A stretch of DNA of 64,000 bases from Neocallimastix sp. 'constans' (Eukaryota): assembly GCA_050613775.1 (NCBI GenBank), contig JBODTK010000011.1, positions 1,364,001 to 1,428,000 on the forward strand, in the 5' to 3' direction. The notes beneath the pieces are model-generated. The model was not told the DNA's origin. It saw only the letters and a list, made by a program, of their open reading frames with translations, and made no database searches. The first letter of the stretch is position 1; every line of letters starts with the position of its first letter. The translations under genes and the position numbers were made by a program. Below are positions 42,729 through 57,227 of this stretch, piece by piece.

Positions 42729-44209
42729 TTTAAAATTATTGAAATGAATAAAAAAAAAAGGTAAATCACTATATTAATATTAATAGATAATTAAATAAAA
42801 TAGTGATATTATTTAAACTTTTTTTTTTAATTCAACTCATTAAATTTCAATACTATTATCTTAGTTTTACTCTAATTATTTGAAATTAGAATATAAGTTT
42901 TTTTGTATTATAAGATTTTTATAGTTTATAAAATAATAATTAAAAATATATTTTAATAATAATAATTTAATTATTTTTTTAATTTTGTGAATGAAAATAA
43001 TAGAAATGATAAAAATTAAATTATAATAATAAAATAATAATAGTAATATATACTACTAATAAAAAATAATAGTAATAAATACTAATAACATTAATAATAA
43101 ATAATGATAACATAAAAATAAATAATAAATAGTAAATATAAATAAATTATTCTTTCATTTTTATTATATCACTATATACTTCATTTATTATTAATGCTTT
43201 GAATTTAAAGAAATATAAATTACTATAATTAAGCCAACAATAATAATACACTTTAAATAAGTAAAATAAAATAAAAATTTAATTGATTTTTAAATTTTTT
43301 TATTATGTAATAGCAAATAAATAAGAAAAAAAAATTAAATATTTTTTTTTTGATAATAATTTGTACTAATAAAATTAGAAAATTAAAATTTATATATACT
43401 AAAATTTTAATTCTTTTTTTTATACTAAATAATATTAAAAAATAGTGAATTTACATCATTTTAATCAGTACCAACATTTGTGAATATCATTTAATACTAT
43501 AGTATATTAAATATATTTTATAAAAATTTTTTAAAAAAAATTTTTTCCTTAAATGTTTTTCTAATTGGAAAAAAATATTTATTATTGGTTATATTAAGAT
43601 AAAATTATATTGAGTAACGTTTAACGAATTTAAATTTGAAAAAAAAAAAAAAAAAAAAAAAAAAGAAAAAAAATATCATTTTTTTTATTATAAAAAATTA
43701 AATATATTAAGGTTATACTACATGTAAAAGCTTTTAAATTAAATATTTAGGAATAATTCTTTATTTTTTTAGAGAAAGGTATTTTTAATTAAATGAAAAT
43801 TAACTTTTTGTAATTATATAATTTATATAATTTATAAATAATAAAATATAAAATATAAATTATTATGATTACAAATATAATATTTTTTCATTATTTATTA
43901 ATAAACCAAGTAGTTATTCTTCATCAACAGGATTATGCTAATACTATTTTTAATATATATTTTTAAATATATAATACAAATTAAATATTGGATTATGATG
44001 TAATATTATTTTAAAATAAAAAAATTTTATGAATAAAATTTAAATTTTTATATTTATCACCAAAATATAATAAAATTAAGATAATCACTTATATATATTA
44101 TATATATATATTTAAAACCATTTAATTAAATAAATTAAATAATCTTTAATTCCATAATTGAAAATTATATATATATTTATAGTATTTAAGATTAAGATTA
44201 ATCAGTCAG

Positions 44210-44243
<34 letters not shown>

Positions 44244-44620
44244 AAAGGATAATTCTTCAAAAAAAGTTAAATTCTTCATTCAATTATTTTTTAAATTAAA
44301 TTTATTAAACTTAACTATTAAACTTAATTTTTATGTGTTTAAATACAAAAATTTTTGTAATAATTTTAATTTCTTTATTTAATTATAATTATTATAATTA
44401 TTTATTTATAAATTTATATAATACAATAATGATATATATATATCTTCATTTTTTTTTTTTATTATTTAATTATATATATATATATATTAATAATTATTCT
44501 TATTAAATGAATTGAATTAGAAATTAATATTTTTTGAAATTTTTATTTAATTTTCATTAATGATAAATCATGTTATTTAAATTGATATATAGATAAAAAT
44601 AATGAAAATAATGGAAAATG

Positions 44621-44673
<53 letters not shown>

Positions 44674-45078
44674 ATTATTATTATTATTATTATTATTTAA
44701 TTGAAAAAGTTTAAATATTTGAACTTTTTTTTTTCTTTTTTTTTTTTACTGTTTTAGAAAAAAAAAAAAAAATTAATAAATACATTGTAAATTTTGAGTA
44801 TTCAAAGTATTAAAAATAGAAATAATAATTTAATGATAAGAAAACTTTTTGAATAGAATCATATATTATATTATTTCCTAATTAGTTATATAATTTTATA
44901 TTTGAAACAGTTTTAACATAAATAATTACATAATAATATTTTATAATTTTTAATTTTATAATTCAATAAAATTTATGTTAAAAAATACAATATTATTAAT
45001 AGTAAAATTTTAATAATAATAATAATAATAATAGTAATAATAATAACAATAACAAGGAATATTTATATATATAAATAA

Positions 45079-46176
45079 ATGGAAAAACCGCTTGAAGTTC
45101 TTACAAAAAATTCACGAATAACAGGAACATGTTTCGGTAAAGATTTTCCTACGATGATTGATGGGATTTATATTCAATTTAAAGATACCTTTTTCTTTTC
45201 ATATATTATTCAGTTCATATTGGTACTTCTATTATTTAGTAATGTGGGAAGTGGCCCCTATTGGAAAATATTATTTTACGCATCACTCTCGGGTTTAATA
45301 GGTTCACTATTTGAAAATATAACCTTAGCCTATATATGTCAGGAAAGTCAAAGAGAAAATCATGGTAAGGTAGTACCTTTTCTCTTAAGTGAAATATTTT
45401 GGGTGATTACTGAATATTCCATACCCTATCTTAATTTGATTAAGATGAAAACGCTTTCCAGGGAAGATTCATCTAAAAGAATTAAATATATTATATATTT
45501 TCTTTCAGTTCCTTTCGTCGTAATGAGAATTTGTATTGGTTGCAGTCGGATGATAAAAGGTTATTTGGATGATCAAACTATCGAAGTTTTTCATGGTATT
45601 GCATTCGGTATCATGGCTATTAGCGAAGTCGTATGTTCCATATATATTTTACATTTTATAGCAAAGTATAATAAGAGAGTTACATTGAATCCTTCTTTCT
45701 TTGTCAAATATTTTCAACACTCTAGTTATAACATTTTAATTGCTGTAGATATTGTTAGTATTCTGCTTTCTTTGTTGTATATTTATGTCAATCTGGTGAA
45801 TTCGAATGGTATCATCTTAACTAGGGCATCAGTAATACCTTTTCATTCCTTTAAATCCGTATTTATTTTAATTTTAGCTATTGATGCCTGTCTTTTTAAA
45901 TACGGCGCTAATGTCGGTTCATCCATTAATGGCACGAGTGAATATAATCTTACTGTAAAAGGTGCTGGAACAAATAATACCTTCGATATAAGCATTAAAA
46001 GTAATAATTACAAAAATCTATTCTATTCTTCATTAGATTCTCCATCTAATCTTCATCCATCCAGTACATTAAATAATATACTTTATGAAAATAAAAATTT
46101 AACCCACTCATTAAGCAGTAGTAACAGTATTAGTGATATGAAATACCCAAATAAATATATTAATATTAATAGTTGA
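45079..46176 (+). CDS. Seven-transmembrane protein (receptor-like), 365 aa, intronless
   Basis: Seven hydrophobic segments between ~aa 38 and 275, a short N-terminus and an S/N-rich C-terminal tail. No family motif recognised. Confidence 0.8.
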   Translation: MEKPLEVLTKNSRITGTCFGKDFPTMIDGIYIQFKDTFFFSYIIQFILVLLLFSNVGSGPYWKILFYASLSGLIGSLFENITLAYICQESQRENHGKVVPFLLSEIFWVITEYSIPYLNLIKMKTLSREDSSKRIKYIIYFLSVPFVVMRICIGCSRMIKGYLDDQTIEVFHGIAFGIMAISEVVCSIYILHFIAKYNKRVTLNPSFFVKYFQHSSYNILIAVDIVSILLSLLYIYVNLVNSNGIILTRASVIPFHSFKSVFILILAIDACLFKYGANVGSSINGTSEYNLTVKGAGTNNTFDISIKSNNYKNLFYSSLDSPSNLHPSSTLNNILYENKNLTHSLSSSNSISDMKYPNKYININS

Positions 46177-46249
46177 AATTTTAAACATCACTATATGAAT
46201 GTTATTCTACATATCTTAAAAATTAATAAGAATAATAATATTATTATTA

Positions 46250-46305
<56 letters not shown>

Positions 46306-46956
46306 TAAAATAATGATAATAATAATAATAATAATTACAATTATTTATATATATATATATTTTTTTATAAGTAATAGAATATTAGAATATATTATTTTTA
46401 TAATTTTTATAAAATAAAGTTTTTTATTTAGAATTAGTTAGTTTTGATAATAAAATATTATTAAAAATCAAATCTTAGTATTAAAATATTTATATGTAAT
46501 ATTATTTATATGCTTTAATAAACTTTTTTGACTATACTCAATATATTTATAAAAAAAATATACAAATATACAAATATAAATAAATATTTTTCTCTCTTTG
46601 TATTTTAAATAAGTAGTACAACAGGTACAAAATTAAATGACATTGTATTTTTAATTATACCAGAAATTAAGGAATATATAATCATTACTATTGAAGAATA
46701 GTGTAGTTGCACTGCCTAGAATATATTTTTTCCACTGATTAAAGATGATATAAAAATAGATGAAGGATAAATGAAAATTTTGATATTACTGAATATGTAT
46801 ATCAACAAATGAAAAAGTAAAAGTTTATTTTCAATTTTAATTAATATGAACATTTTAAAAACTATTAAAAATTGGGAATTATTAAGTTATATGAAACCTT
46901 AATAATAAAAAAAATATAGATATAATAGAAGTACCAAGAAATAAAATAAAAATAAA

Positions 46957-47001
<45 letters not shown>

Positions 47002-47295
47002 TTAAAAGGATATAAGTAATGGCCCTAATTTTTAAAAATAGAAACTATGATATTGATTTCATAAATAATATTACTGTATTTTAAGTAGGAGATTGAAGAT
47101 ATAATTTATTTTAAAATTAATAAAAAATTTTCTATCCAAAACCGAAGAAAAATATTAAACTTTAATTTATTTTGATTATAAAAGAGACCCTTTGAAAGAA
47201 AAATATCCATATACACAATTATTGAAAAATGTATATTAAAAATATATAAATAATAAAAATATTACAATGTTAGAAAGACTTCACTTATTTGAAGT

Positions 47296-47347
<52 letters not shown>

Positions 47348-47694
47348 ATTTAATGAAATATTCTTTTATTGAAATGTATTTAATGATAAGTAAAATACAT
47401 ACATTAAAAGGAAAATTACATTGAATAGTTTTAATGATATGATGATAAAGGTAGTGAATTATTCTTTAATAAATAAAAAAGAAGAATTTGATTTTTATAT
47501 AAAATTAAAAATTAGAAACTTAATTTTTGGAGAGAAATAATTAAATAGTAGAAATCTTTTAAACAAAATAATTATTTATATTTAAAAAATTTTTTTACTA
47601 GTTCATTAGTTTTATTAGCTAATATATCATTCGAAATTATGATAAAAAAATAAAAAAAAAAATAATAATAATATAATATAATATAATATATATT

Positions 47695-47940
47695 GAAACT
47701 AAAGTTGTTAAAGAAAAAGTTATCAAGAAAGAAAATAAAAAATATATTTAAATTAAAGTTGTTAAAGAAAAGTTATCAAAGAAAGAAAAAAAAATAAAAT
47801 ATATTTAAATTAAAGTTGTTAAAGAAAAGTTTTCAAAGAAAAAAAAATAAAATAAAATGAAAAGTTTTCAAAGAAAGAAAAAATAATAAATTATATTTAA
47901 ACTAAAGTTGTTAATGAAAAGTTATCAAAGAAAGAAAAAA
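47695..47940. repeat. ~55-bp minisatellite (TAAAGTTGTTAAAGAAAAGTTATCAAAGAAAG...), ~4-5 copies
   Basis: Directly visible diverged tandem units. Confidence 0.75.
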
Positions 47941-48450
47941 AAAGTTAAAATTAATAAATATGATAATGAATATTACAAAAATATAATAAAATAAAATAAA
48001 ATAAAAAATTTTATAAAGTGTAACTCGATTAATACGAGATATAATAAATATTAAAAATGATAAATGATAAAAAAAAAAAAAAAAAAAAAGAAAAAAAGAA
48101 AAAAAGAAAAAAAGAAAAAAGAAAAAAAGAAAAAAGAAAAATTTATTTCATTAGAAAAAGAAATTTTTGAATCAAAGAAATAACGAAAATAGTAATATAG
48201 TAATTAGTAGTAGTAACCAATAATTATTATAATTGAAATAAATAAAATAATGAAGTTTAATATTATTAAATTAGATATTATTATAGTTGTTGAAGTTTAT
48301 ATTTAATTTTTTAATTAATATAGGTTCAAATATTATAAAAAATAAATTGGATAGCTATAATGTATAGAAATTTTGATTAAAATTAATGGTGAGTTAAACT
48401 TAATAATAACAAATAAAAGTAAATTTCTTGAATTTTTTCTAACCAAAGTT

Positions 48451-48483
<33 letters not shown>

Positions 48484-48641
48484 TCTCAAATAGTGAAATA
48501 AAAAATTAATTTTAAGATTTCATTAATAATAAAATATAAATAAAATTTACTCTAATAAATAATATTTTGAAGAATTGATTAATTAATAAATAATAAATAA
48601 TAATTGTTAAGAGTCAGGAATTTATGGTTTATAATATTAAC

Positions 48642-49560
48642 ATTCCCCTGTCAAACTTAATTTCTCTGATTTATCAAAAATTATATTTGACAATTTTGAT
48701 ATTTGAGTTCTGTTAACATTTTTGGTTAATACATCGGCTAATGTAATTTAAAGTTAATCTTTTATTTTTAATATGATCTTGATTAAAACAAAATTTTATG
48801 ATTACACAATTTAATTTTAAGTTTAAATGTTCATTTTCAAATGTTGTTTTGTTAGCTTGATTATCGTTGTAAATTATAATTGGTTTGTTGAAATTAAATA
48901 GTTCAAATAAAATGTTTCTTATCCATAATATTTTCTTTGTATATTCTATTATTGTTTCTATGTATTCTGTTTCCATTGTGGAGGTGGCAACTATTGTTTG
49001 TTTTCTTGATGTCCGGGAGATTGGATTTGTTCCCATACAAATGGTATGCCTAGAGATAGATTTTTTTATCTTTTGAATCTCCTCCTAAGATAGAGTCAAG
49101 TAAAAAGCAATAAATTCCCCTATTCATGTGTATTTAATTTTGTAATTTTTAGTAGAATTTAGATATTTAAAAACATTAATTAATTATCTTGTTCTAATCA
49201 GAAATTGTTGGATTTTCGGCGTTCCTTGCCCGTCTAATTTACAGTAAATGATATGTCGGGATGAGTACATTTTGTTAAGTAAATCAGAGAACTTAAAATC
49301 TCTTTTGTAAGTAGTTTAGTCGAAAGGATTATGATTTTTTTTAAATGTTATCACCAATGAATGCTGTTTTTTGCTTTACTAGTGTTGTTAACTTTAAATT
49401 TGGATAAAACATTGTCTACATAGTTAGTTTGTGAAATGGAAAAATTAAAAAAAAATTTTTTGACAACTTTTATTCCAAGTAAATATTTAATATATTCACA
49501 CTTTGAATTTTTGAATTTGACTTTGATAGTTTTAATAGTTTTATATATTTCAGATTTTCT
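48642..49560 (-). mobile_element. Ty1/copia LTR-retrotransposon remnant (RT C-terminus, RNase H, PPT)
   Basis: RNase H-like PISRTSRKQTIVATSTMETEY...IIIYNDNQA; upstream YLTKCTHPDISFTVN and SISQTNYVDNVLSKF; polypurine tract AGGGGAA (48649-48643) followed directly by TG, the expected 3' LTR start. Confidence 0.88.
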
Positions 49561-49859
49561 TCTAAAAGATTAACTTACTGTTTGTTGATTAAACTTGTTT
49601 CTTTTGTTTAATAATTCTAGATCAAAACTGTGTCTTCTTTTTGCCAATAGCACTTTTATGTCTTATTATGAGAAATGGGAAAATTATTTTTTCTTTATTA
49701 ACGTTAGTTAAATTTATCAATTGGATAGTGTATAACAATTTGGGATATTACATTTCTTTTATTTGTGGCTTGAGAAGAATTAAATGAAAATGCTTGACAT
49801 GTATGAAATAATTTATTCCAAACGAGAATTTTATTATTACATAAATATTAAATATTAAA

Positions 49860-50660
49860 TATTAAATATAAATTATAAATAATTAAATAATTAAATAATA
49901 AGTAATAAGTAATAAATAATAAATTATAAATAATTAAATAATTAAATAAGTAATAAATAATTGAATAATGATTAATAAATAAATTATAAATAATAAATAA
50001 TGGAATAATAAATAATAAATAATAAATAATGGAATAATAAATAATAAAAAAAGAGTATTTATTTATAAATAATTAAATAATAAATAATAAATAATTAAAT
50101 AATTGAATAATAAATAATAAATAATTAATAAATAATAAATAATAAATAATAAATAATAAATAATTGAATAATAAATAATTGAATAATAAATGATAAATAA
50201 TAAATAATTGAATAATTGAATAATAATAAATAATAAATAATAAATAATAAATAATAAATAATAAATAATAAATAATAAATAATTGAATAATAAATGATAA
50301 ATAATAAATAATTGAATAATTGAATAATAATAAATAATAAATAATAAATAATTGAATAATAAATAATAAATAATAATAAATAATAAATAATTGAATAATA
50401 ATTGAATAATAAATAATAAATAATAAATAATAAATAATAAATAATAAATAATAAATAATAAATAATAAATAATAAATAATAAATAATAAATAATAAATAA
50501 TAAATAATTGAATAATAAATTATTGAATAATAAATGATAAATAATAAATAATTGAATAATTGAATAATAAATAATAAATAATAAATAATAAATAATAAAT
50601 AATTAAATAATAAATAATTGAATAATAAGTAATTGAATAATTTGAATTGAATAATAAATA
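49860..50660. repeat. Long (AATAAAT)n satellite with TTGAAT variants
   Basis: Directly visible, ~800 bp; source of spurious ORF 50125-50736. Confidence 0.9.
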
Positions 50661-50718
50661 ATAATGATTTTATATTATTAAATACTTTTAAAAAAATAAA
50701 AATTATTTGGGGAGGTTG

Positions 50719-51046
50719 CATTACGCCAATTTTCACGTGATATATATAAATTTGTGGCTATAGATACTTTATGCTACATAATATTATTTTATTGTATTAT
50801 TTTGTTATTTCAAATTTTAAATTAATTATTAAGTGAATAATTAAATAAATCATATAATGGATAGATTTATTTTATATACTTATTACATTCTTTATTTATT
50901 TATTTATTTGTTTGTTTATTTATTTATACATTTATTTTTTTTACATATAATTTTATTAAAATTTTTATGGCGTTAACAAAAAATTTTACAAGCCATTAAT
51001 AATAAATGGCGTATTGAAAATTTGTATTATAAAAATTGGCGAAATG
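50719..51046. mobile_element. Putative MITE with 15-bp terminal inverted repeats
   Basis: CATTACGCCAATTTT (50719-50733) vs AAAATTGGCGAAATG (51032-51046): 14/15 inverted match; two further ATGGCG motifs inside. Confidence 0.4.
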
Positions 51047-51904
51047 AATCACATTCAAATTATTTATTTATTATATGTAATTTCTATTGGAGTTCAATAA
51101 TAGTTTTTAATTTATTCTAGTCCAATGGATGGATGGATAATAAATTTAAATATAATATAATCAAAAAAAAAAATTTTTTATTTATGAAGAGCCATGTATT
51201 TAATTTAATAATTAATATATATAAATATATAATATATAATATAAATATATTTATATAATATTAATATTAATATTATATAAATATATAGTTATAAATATAA
51301 ATATTAATATATTTATATTTATAAATAAATCACAATAAAATATATAAATAAATAATTATATAGTATATATTTATAATTTTTTATTTTTATTTATTCCATG
51401 TTTAATTTAATAAATAAAAATAAATTTTATAATAAAAATAGCAAATTAAAAAAAAAAAAAGAATAAAATAAAAAAATTTTTTTTTTTTTTCGAAATAAAA
51501 TATAAAGGAATAAAAAAATAAAAAAAAAAAAAAAAAAAAAATAAAAAGGAATAAAAAAATAAAAAAAAATAGAGTTTCACCACTTTTTTTTTGCCTATTA
51601 TAAAGAAAAATAAATAAATAATTAAATAAATTTTTTTTTTCATTTAAATAATATATTGATTAATATAAATTTATTTATATATTTATTTATTTATTTATTT
51701 AATAAAAAATTACTTTTAAATATTGAATTATATATACAAATACATATATAAATATATATATATATATATTTTTTTTTTGTTAGTATTATTGTATAATTAG
51801 AATAAATCTTTATTTTTTAAAAAAAAGAAAAAATATTATTATTTATTTTAATTATCAATAATACTATTTATAATTTTTTTTTTTTTTAAAATAATAAAGA
51901 AAAA

Positions 51905-52583
51905 ATGTTTAGACCAAGAGCTTTAGCAAGAAGGAAAAACTTATTATTTATATTAATTTTTATTATACTTATAGTATTATTGTATAATATAAATTCAATA
52001 AACAGACATGTTAAAGACAATGAAAGTATAATTAAAAATATCAATAATGATGATTTAAATTTAAAATTAGAAGTCAATAATGCTAAAGATAATATAATAG
52101 GGAATAATGAATTCAATAATATGAATTTTGAAGAAGATTACGAAAATATTGTTAATTTAGATTCAAATGAATTAGCGGACAATGAAGAAAACAATAAAAA
52201 TAATATTAATGGTGATATAAATATTGAAAATGTTAAAGAAAACGAAATTAAAGTTGAAGAAGCTGAACTCAAAACAGATAATAAAAATAACATTGAAGAA
52301 GCTGAACTAAAAACAGATAATAAAAATAACATTGAAGAAGCTGAACTCAAAACAGATAATAAAAATAACATTGAAGAAGCTGAACTCAAAACAGATAATA
52401 AAAATAACATTGAAGAAGCTGAACTCAAAACAGATAATAAAAATAACATTGAAGAAGCTGAACTCAAAACAGATAATAAAAATAACATTGAAGAAGCTAA
52501 AATCAAAACAGATAATAAAAATAATATTGAAGAAAAAATGGACCAAATAAATAATAATAATAATAAAAAGACTAGTATTATGA

Positions 52584-52622
<39 letters not shown>

Positions 52623-55030
52623 TCATTAATTTACAAAAGAAGAAAACAGATGATGATTATATTAAAGGATATAATGGTGGTGAAATTGAACCAGAATGGG
52701 AATGGGCAAAAAGTATGTCCATTGTTTATTCCTGGGTTGATGGTTCAGATGTTGATTTCTTGGATGTTAAATCTAAATATAACAACGGTTTTAGAACATT
52801 TAATAGTAGAGATCGTTCTGCTGATGAACTTCGTTATTCATTACGTTCCGTTGAAAAATATATGCCATGGCACCAAGGTACAATATATATTGTAACAGCC
52901 AACCAAATACCAAAATGGTTAAATACTACAAACCCAAGAATAAAATTAGTCTATCATAAAGATTTTATTCCGGAACATTACTTCCCAACATTTGATTCTA
53001 ATACTATTGAACTTTTTTTAGATAAAATCCCTGGAATCACTGAACGTTTTCTTTACTTCAATGATGATATTTTCATTAATAATTATATTCATCCATGTTT
53101 CTTTTTCACTAGTAATGGCTTTTATCCAAAGGTTTATCGTCGTAATCCCGTGTTGCTTACACAAGAAAAAACAGATTCTATTATTAATAATAATAGAGTA
53201 GTTGAAATGTTTCATGCTACCAAGTTCTTTACTCGTAAAGTCATTCAGGAATATTTTGATCCAGATTTTAAATATCGTTATCTTCTTCATACCGTTTATA
53301 GTTTATACCGTGATCTTATGCAGCCATTCCGTGAACTTTTTGCAGATGAAATTAAAGTGATTTGTTCTGATCGTTTCAGAAGTTACTATGAAATCCAAGT
53401 TCTATATACCTATCAGTCATATCTTTATTATGCTACTCAACATAAAAATTACCCTATTAAATTGAATGGTATAGGTAAAACTAAAAAATTCATTGGTAAA
53501 CCATTACCAAACAATAGAACAATTCAAAAATATTCTAGTGAAATGGTTCCTGCTAACATTGGTAAAAAATACATTCATTTTGGTAGTATCACGAATAATC
53601 TTAATAAAAATATTATAAAGTTTAATTCATTTAGAAATGATACGAATCTATACGTTTACAATTTCAATGATGAATATTCTAAACAAAATTCATTGTATCA
53701 ATTCACTCAATATATGATTACTCGTTATCCTGAACCCGCTCCTTTTGAAAAAAAGGAATATGTTGATTTAGAAATTTCGTACCTCCCAAAAATCAATAAA
53801 ACAATAACGGTTACCGATGAAATGGCAAAACTTCGTAAAATGACTAAAGAAAAATTAGAAGAGGAACATCTCTTGAATCAATTAAAAATTGTGAATGAAT
53901 ATTTAGATAAGAAGGATGCTCTCTCCGAACCTAAAAAAGAAATCAGTGTGAGAGAAGAGAAAGAAATAAATTTACTTTTGAATTATTATGGTAATGAATT
54001 AGAGAAAGAATGGCAATGGGCATCCGATATTTCAATAGTATATATACTTGATGACATCAGTAGTAATTGTAATTGTACCTACGGTGTGGATCGATTAAAA
54101 TATTCTCTTCGTTCGATTAGTAAATATATGCCATGGCATAAAGGTAAGATCTTTATTATCTATCAAAACATTCAACAAAAGGATGAGTTATCTTGGTTAA
54201 ATACCGAACAAACTAGAGTTGAGTTAATTGATAAGAATGATATCCTTCCTGAGGAAGTATCATTCACTCATAATAAACATATCATTGAATTTTACATGGA
54301 TAAAATTAATGGTATATCTGAAAGATTTATTTACTTTAATGATCATCATTTCTTTACCTACTTTATTCATCCACAATTCTTTTTTAATAGTAATTACTAT
54401 CCAAAATATAATTTAAAGAATGCTCTTGGCAGACGAGAGGAGAAATCATTAATGAAAGTGAAGGAACAAAAGGACTTTGTTGAAACTTATCGATTAATTT
54501 TTGATGCCTTCCATAAAAACTATGTTAAAAACTATCGATACTTGTATGATATGCCATGTCCACTTTATCGTGATCTTTTCGAACCCGTTCGTCAACTCTA
54601 TCAAGAGGAATGGACAAAATTCATAAGGAAAGATCAAAATAAAGAGAAGGATACAGACATTCTTCCTCTCTATCTTATTGTAACCTATAATATCTATGGT
54701 ACAGACCAACCTTTCTTCCCTGAATATGTTGCTGGCTATGGTAATATTAGAAAGGCCGAACCTCCAGTATTAAGTGAAGAACGTAACATTACATACTATG
54801 GATTTGATACTACGAGTGAACAGGTGATCAAAGCAACCGTATACCCAGAACTTTACTATCGTTCAGGGGATATAGAAAAAAGTAAAAGCATAAAAGAATT
54901 AATACATTCCGAAAAACTATTTTTCAGTCTTGGATATAAAAATAAGAAAGAATTGATGAAAGAATTAAACGGAGATCTCCTAGAATTATTAAATATGATA
55001 TATGAAGAAAAATCAATATTTGAAAATTAG
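51905..55030 (+). CDS. Stealth-family hexose-1-phosphate transferase-like protein, type II membrane, two tandem Stealth modules, 1041 aa, intronless
   Basis: N-terminal TM anchor; CR1 IVYSWVDGSD, CR2 DELRYSLRSVEKYMPW...TFDSNTIE...IPGITERFLYFNDD, CR4 NFNDE..YPEPAPFE; second module LKYSLRSISKYMPW...ISERFIYFNDH. Confidence 0.92.
52256..52528 (+). repeat. Coding minisatellite, 7 x 39 bp (EEAELKTDNKNNI), in the stem region of the Stealth protein
   Basis: Unit GAAGAAGCTGAACTCAAAACAGATAATAAAAATAACATT, near-identical copies. Confidence 0.95.
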
Positions 55031-55075
55031 GCAATAAAGGAAAAGTCATCGACAATAATTAAAAATTAGGTAATG

Positions 55076-55121
<46 letters not shown>

Positions 55122-56500
55122 GAAAAATTAGGTTTTTAAGTATATATATAATTATATAATTTTAATAATTACCTCTAAATCAAAATAAGTAATAAAAATA
55201 ATCATAAATCAATTTTTAATCAATAAGTAAATAAATAAATAAGTAATAATAATTATAATAATAATCAAGTTTTTGAATCTTTTTTTTTTTTTTTTTTTTT
55301 TATAAAAAAAAAAACAAAAAAAAAAATTTATTTGCTATTAAATACGTTAAAAAAAATAATCATCATCATCATTCTCATATTTATTACTATACTCTATCTC
55401 TTTTCAAAAGAATTTTTTTTATATTTTATATAATAATAACAATAATAATAAATATATATATATATTACATAATAAAAACAGAAATATATATATATAAATA
55501 TAAACAACTGAATAATAATATTTAATTGGTTTTATTGTTAGTTAAAATTATTTAATTTCTATTAATTTTTTTTTTTGTTAGAAAAAAAAATAATTTATAA
55601 AATAAAATTTATCAAATCAATCATTTAATCAATAAAGTTAAGTAAATTATTTTATATTCATTTAATATAAAAATTAAGGCATTATTTAATATTTGTTCAA
55701 TTATTTAATTCAATAATTTTTTGGTTAATAAAATAAAATAAAAAAAAAAAAATTCAATCAATTTAAGTAAATAAAAAAAAATAAATTATTTTTATTCATT
55801 AAATATAAAATAATAATTAATATAATAATAAAATAGACGTTAAAACTAATGATATAAACCTTTTATTAAATCATAATCATAATAAATAATAAAAAATAAT
55901 ATATATATTATTTAAATATTTTAAATATAAAAATTTTATCAATAATTGGAAATTTATTATATACTAATATAATAGTAAATAAATAATAATAAAAAAAAAA
56001 AAAAAAAAAAAATGTAAATCTTTAAAATAAATGTAAATTAAAAAAAAAAAAAAAAATCCAAAAGCGAAAATAAAAGTAAAAATAAAAATAAAAATAAAAT
56101 AAAAAGGAAATTATAAATATATTATATTATATTTACTTTGAATTTAAAAAAACTTTAAATATATATATAAATATAATAATTCACACTTTAAACATGTAAT
56201 TTTTATATTTATATTTTTCCTTTTTTTTTTTTTTTTTTTTTTACTTATTATGTTTTGGTATTTTTTTTTTTTTTTTTTTGGTATTTTTTTTTTTTATCCA
56301 ATTCAATTATAAATACATATATAAATATTATAAACTATTATTTTTTTTTTTTTTATGTTTTTCTAAAACAATTAAATTAATACTATTTGGGAGATATTTT
56401 TTTTTTACTTCCATCTCCTTTTCTTTTGAGAAAAAAATTAAATAGTAATACTTTATTGTTTTTTTTTTTTTTTTTTTTTCTCAAAAGTATACCATATAAT

Positions 56501-56589
<89 letters not shown>

Positions 56590-56986
56590 ATTTTTAAAAA
56601 AAAAAAGATTCTTCTTATAATTTTAAAAATTACAAAAAAACATGTATTAATGATTAAACAAAAACAAAAAAATTTTTTTTATTATTTAAACTTTTTTTTA
56701 TATATATATATATATTTTTTATTTTAGATATTATATATTTTTGAGTTATTTAATGATGATTATAATTAATTTTAAATATTCATTTAACTTTTTTTTTTTT
56801 TTTTTTTTTTTTTGAATTTTGTATTTTGCTTTTATAATTACCAATAATTTAATATATAATTAAACAATATTAATAATTGAGATACATTTTCATAATTAAA
56901 ATATTATTTATATTCATGTTGAAAATTTAAAAAAAAAAAAAAAAATTAAATTAAATAACTAAAAACAAATGAAATAAAATAAAAGA

Positions 56987-57039
<53 letters not shown>

Positions 57040-57227
57040 CATATAAATTGAAGTAAAAAAAAAAAAAAAAAAAATTCTATATCATTTAAAAATTAAAAAA
57101 TATAAATAGAAAAAATAAAATAAAAAAAAAAAAAAATTACTATTATTGTGATTATTATTTTTTTTTATTTTTTTTTTTTTTTACAAAAAACAATTAGTTT
57201 TTAAATTTAATTTATTAACAAGTTAAA

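Noticed and set aside
50125..50736. 203-aa hydrophobic ORF
   Set aside because: Translation of the (AATAAAT)n satellite.
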